Program-made: the position numbers and the translations under genes
Shown: positions 19,189-24,000 of the stretch, piece after piece
Layout: each line of letters opens with the position of its first letter
Position numbering within the stretch: the first letter of the stretch is position 1
Notes under the pieces: generated by a model
Databases searched by the model: none
What the model saw: only the letters and a program-made list of their open reading frames with translations
What the model was told of the DNA's origin: nothing
Source: Terriglobia bacterium
GTDB taxonomy: Bacteria; Acidobacteriota; Terriglobia; Bryobacterales; Bryobacteraceae
Direction: 5' to 3'
Assembly (NCBI GenBank): GCA_963823095.1
Contig: CAWGKI010000019.1
Span: 309,705 to 333,704 of the forward strand
DNA length: 24,000 bases

Positions 19189-19804
19189 AGAGCACCCCGA
19201 AGAAGCTGAACGCGCCGGCCGCCAGGAGGACAATTCCAATCCGCCTTTCCGATCGCAACACGAACCACAGGTAGATCCCGCTCATCGTTATGAAGAACAA
19301 GAGGTAGCAGGTGCCATCGGCCAGCCACTTCCAAACAATCGCGGGATACCAGTTCATGCGGATGTCGGCCAGGTGCGGGCCGGGGGACTTGTGGAGCAGG
19401 ATGAAGGCGTCCACGAGCCCCGTCTTGCGTTCCGTGACCGTTGCGGTGCGCGTGGACAGGTCGAGATCGAGGATGGTCTCCCGCCCCGGTACGCTCACAG
19501 GGATGCTGAGTTCGCGTTTCTTTGGGGAGTATGAGATGAACCCGATCTCCCCGCGGATATGGGCCTGATCGAGCAGAGTACGCACCGCATCCACTCTGGC
19601 TCGTCCGGAAAGGCTCTCGATGCCCGCGGGGATTTGGAGATTCTCAACCTGTCTGGAGAGACGAGCCACCGAGCCTGGGGGAGCGGCGCCCGGCGGGTGA
19701 ACCAGCGCAAACACGCTGATGGCGAACACGACCACGAACGGGCTGATAAACAGACCCGCGTACAGATGCAGGTCGCGCGTGACGAGATAGAAGCGTTTAC
19801 TCAT
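19172..19804 (-). CDS. PepSY-associated TM helix protein
   Basis: MSKRFYLVTRDLHLYAGLFISPFVVVFAISVFALVHPPG...LHKSPGPHLADIRMNWYPAIVWKWLADGTCYLLFFITMSGIYLWFVLRSERR. Confidence 0.85.
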   Translation of the reverse strand: MSKRFYLVTRDLHLYAGLFISPFVVVFAISVFALVHPPGAAPPGSVARLSRQVENLQIPAGIESLSGRARVDAVRTLLDQAHIRGEIGFISYSPKKRELSIPVSVPGRETILDLDLSTRTATVTERKTGLVDAFILLHKSPGPHLADIRMNWYPAIVWKWLADGTCYLLFFITMSGIYLWFVLRSERRIGIVLLAAGAFSFFGVLYAIAG

Positions 19805-19867
19805 ACTGCACTTGAGGACCTCGCAGGAATCGGCGCCATACGATTTTCAACGCGCGGGCGACTGGAT

Positions 19868-20880
19868 CTAAGATTCGATGTGCCGCTTCACCGCGTCGGT
19901 GAACTGGCGCGTGGTCGCCCTGCCTCCCAGATCCCGCGTCAGCACGTCGCCTTGACGGAAGGCGGCCATGATCGCCTTCTGCAGCCGGTTGGCGGCCTCG
20001 CCCTCGCCCAGATGGCGCAGCATCAGGATGGAAGAAGACATCAGCGCCGTAGGATTTGCGACACCCTTTCCCGCAATGTCGGGCGCCGATCCGTGCACGG
20101 CTTCGAACACCGCGCACTTCTCGCCCATATTCGCTCCGGGGACTACGCCTAAACCGCCGACGAGCCCGGCGGCCAGATCCGACACGATGTCGCCATACAG
20201 GTTCGGCAGCAGCAGGACGTCGAACGTTTCGGGCCGCATCACGAGTTGCATCGACGCGTTGTCCACGATCAGTTCGTTGTACGCGATGTCGGGGTAATTG
20301 GCGGCAACTTCCCGGCAGCAGCGGATGAACAGGCCATCCGACAGCTTCATGATGTTGGCCTTGTGGACGGCCGTGATCTTCTTGCGGTTGTTTTTCTTTG
20401 AGTAGGCGAAGGCATAGTTCGCGATGCGCATGGAGGCGTAGCGCGTGATGATCTTCAGGCTCTCGACGACGTCCTTGATGATCTCGTGCTCCAGGCCGGA
20501 GTACAGGTCTTCCGTGTTTTCGCGGAAGATGACCATGTCGATATTGACGTCCTGAAAGCGTGTTTTCAGGCCCGGCAACGTGAACACCGGACGCACGTTG
20601 GCAAACAGATCGAGCTGCTTCCGGATGGCCACGTTCACGCTCTTGAAGCCGCCCGCGATGGGCGTGGTGACCGGTCCTTTTAGCGCCACGCCAGTGCGTT
20701 CGACCGATTCGAGAACATGCGGTGGCAGCGATACGCCGGCCTGCTCGATGATGGCTGCGCTCAACTCCACGCGCTCCCATTCGATCGGCACGCCGAGCGC
20801 GCTGAGGACTTCAACGGTCGCATCGGCCACCTCGGGCCCAATGCCGTCGCCGGGGATGAGGGTGATCTTGTATGCCACGG
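19868..20880 (-). CDS. icd: NAD-type isocitrate dehydrogenase (isocitrate/isopropylmalate dehydrogenase family)
   Basis: (V)AYKITLIPGDGIGPEVADATVEVL...VFRENTEDLYSGLEHEI...KKNNRKKITAVHKANIMKLSDGLF...NLYGDIVSDLAAGLVGGLG. A GTG start at 20880 is more plausible than the track start at 21121, which overlaps purH. Confidence 0.92.
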
Positions 20881-20957
20881 TTTCATCGTAACGCGCGGCG
20901 CAATCTGGAACACTTCCGTGCGAGCCTCCGGCCGCGACGTGTGAAAATGAGAATTCC

Positions 20958-22517
<1,560 letters not shown>

Positions 22518-22553
22518 AGATCTGTCAGAAAACAACCATTTCAGCGGACCTAA

Positions 22554-22658
22554 GTGGGGCGGACTTTAGTCCGCGTGGGACTTCAGTCCCGCTTCTGAAG
22601 TTTCCCCAAATGCACACAATCGGGACTGAAGTCCCGCGCGGGTTGAAACCCGCCCCAC
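22554..22658. repeat. Palindromic intergenic element, 105 bp with imperfect terminal inverted repeats
   Basis: Outer arms are GTGGGGCG (22554) and CGCCCCAC (22651-22658). Internal palindromes are GCGGACTTTAGTCCGC, GGGACTTCAGTCCC, GGGACTGAAGTCCC and GCGGGTTGAAACCCGC. Confidence 0.82.
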
Positions 22659-22684
22659 GTCTGGAGCGCCGCCCTACTCTCACT

Positions 22685-23590
22685 TCACCGCCGCGCCCAT
22701 CGCAGGGCGTCTAATCTGCGTTCCAGATAATCGACGAAACGTGAGGTCGGATTGAAGCCGACGACGGTTTCCGCGTTGGCGATGAAGTTCGACAGCGCGT
22801 TGATGTCGTAAAACAGCGGCTCGCCTGTAGCGGCATCTTCCAGGTATTCCACGCCTCCGACGTCCAGCCGCGAGGCGCGCGCCAGCGATAGCGCCGCGGT
22901 GACGATCTCCTGCGATGGCTCGAAGCGCTCCACTTTGTGCGGGGTTAATCCACAGACGTCCGCGGGGCAGAGATTGAACGACTTCGCCTCGATCCGGATG
23001 GCGTACAGCACCTCGCCGCCGAGGACTTCCACTCGTTGAATGAAGCCTCCGCGCGGGGCGTGATACTCCTGCACCAGCGCAACGTTGTCTGCGCCGAAAT
23101 CGATCTGCGCGGCGGCCCGTTCGAGATCGCCGAGGGAATCGAAGCGCTGCATGGCGCTCCCCGCGCCTCCGCAGTTCGGCTTCACCATGATCGGGAAGCG
23201 CAGGCCGGCCGCGGCGCCAGCTAGCAGCTTCGGGCAATTGACGGCGCGCGTGCGTGGGGCGGCGACCCCACAGCGGCGGAAGACCTCCAATTGGCGCAGT
23301 TTCGAGATTTCGACTTCGTAAGCCGCCGTACCGTTGATGACTTCGACGCGCCGCGCCTCCAGCAAGCGCAGCATTTCCAGCACCGCGAATTGCCCGCAGC
23401 CGTGCTCGCGCCAGCGGGCCGATGGACTCATGCGGTTCAGAACAAGGTCGGGCCACTCGTCGCGTTCGGGGTTCAGCGTCAGTGACTCGGCCTTCCACTC
23501 TTCAAACGCGATGCCGCGCGCGCGCAGTTCGGCAAAGATGCATTCAAACCAGCGCGGGTGTTCGTAGAGGATGGCAAGTCGAGGAGTCAC
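22685..23590 (-). CDS. ATP-grasp family (RimK-like) ligase
   Basis: VTPRLAILYEHPRWFECIFAELRARGIAFEEW...INGTAAYEVEISKLRQLEVFRRCGVAAPRTRAV...RFPIMVKPNCGGAGSAMQRF...VQEYHAPRGGFIQRVEVLGGEVLYAIRI...YLEDAATGEPLFYDINALSNFI. Start codon inferred; the track ORF starts at 23671. Confidence 0.88.
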   Translation of the reverse strand: MTPRLAILYEHPRWFECIFAELRARGIAFEEWKAESLTLNPERDEWPDLVLNRMSPSARWREHGCGQFAVLEMLRLLEARRVEVINGTAAYEVEISKLRQLEVFRRCGVAAPRTRAVNCPKLLAGAAAGLRFPIMVKPNCGGAGSAMQRFDSLGDLERAAAQIDFGADNVALVQEYHAPRGGFIQRVEVLGGEVLYAIRIEAKSFNLCPADVCGLTPHKVERFEPSQEIVTAALSLARASRLDVGGVEYLEDAATGEPLFYDINALSNFIANAETVVGFNPTSRFVDYLERRLDALRWARR

Positions 23591-23690
23591 AGGCACTGTT
23601 TCTATTGTGCCTTGCCTGGGCACAGGCCGGAGCGTGAATGCCTCCTTGGCCCCGACCTTCCAAAGGAACAAACCCCGGTCCCGGACTAAT

Positions 23691-24000
23691 TCAACGCGCG
23701 CCTTCCTGGTATAACCCGATCACGTTTCCCGCCGGGTCGCGGAACCCGGCGATCCATTCGCCGCCTGGAGAGTCGAGTTGCTTTGCCTCGATGATCTCGC
23801 CGCCGTGGGCGGGAACCCGAGCCAGAGTGGCGTCAATGCTGTCCACCCAGATATAGGGCAGCAAGCCCGGTTCCTTGGAGATTGCGCGGCCAGTGACCCA
23901 GGCGCCGCTTACGATCCCCGAGGCGTCATCGAAGCTGGGATGATTGCTCTCGCGATGCCGGATGTTCCAGCCGAAGACCTTCTCGTAGAAAGCAATCGAC
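23691..24000 (-). CDS. VOC (glyoxalase/bleomycin resistance) family protein, partial at the window edge
   Basis: The minus-strand translation ends ...VTGRAISKEPGLLPYIWVDSIDATLARVPAHGGEIIEAKQLDSPGGEWIAGFRDPAGNVIGLYQEGAR*. The start lies outside the window. Confidence 0.85.
   Translation of the reverse strand, partial: SIAFYEKVFGWNIRHRESNHPSFDDASGIVSGAWVTGRAISKEPGLLPYIWVDSIDATLARVPAHGGEIIEAKQLDSPGGEWIAGFRDPAGNVIGLYQEGAR

Noticed and set aside
22680-23498. 272-aa minus-strand ORF overlapping the ATP-grasp gene
   Set aside because: It is an off-frame reading of a well-supported ATP-grasp CDS.

Overview
This is a high-GC bacterial window; gene content and style suggest an Acidobacteria/Solibacter-like genome, but that is inference. 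Housekeeping blocks sit at both ends: nadC and valS on the left, icd, purH and an ATP-grasp gene on the right. Between them are a hybrid sensor histidine kinase, an M24 peptidase, a tandem array with a ~122-127 bp period, and an arsenosugar-type pair (CMD/AhpD-like protein plus ArsS radical SAM). From about 10 to 19.9 kb lies an accessory zone. It holds a DUF6883/DUF4926 pair, a TlpA-like thioredoxin, several toxin-antitoxin-like modules, and a low-GC pair encoding a cysteine-rich secreted protein and a membrane-anchored partner. The most interesting signal is that gene 3' ends are duplicated as direct repeats ending exactly at the stop codon. The arsS 3' end occurs three times (9665-9982, 10797-10991, 12812-13129) and the icd 3' end occurs twice (15903-16010, 19868-19975). 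Both sets bracket small accessory modules on the downstream side of the host gene, which looks like repeated island insertion at protein-coding gene 3' ends without a visible integrase. Also notable: three toxin-like genes are broken while their partner antitoxins look intact, a family of intergenic palindromic elements shares a 'CTTCAG/CTTTAG' loop logic, and frameshifts affect conserved genes (nadC, valS, M24 peptidase, PepSY), raising sequence-quality questions.
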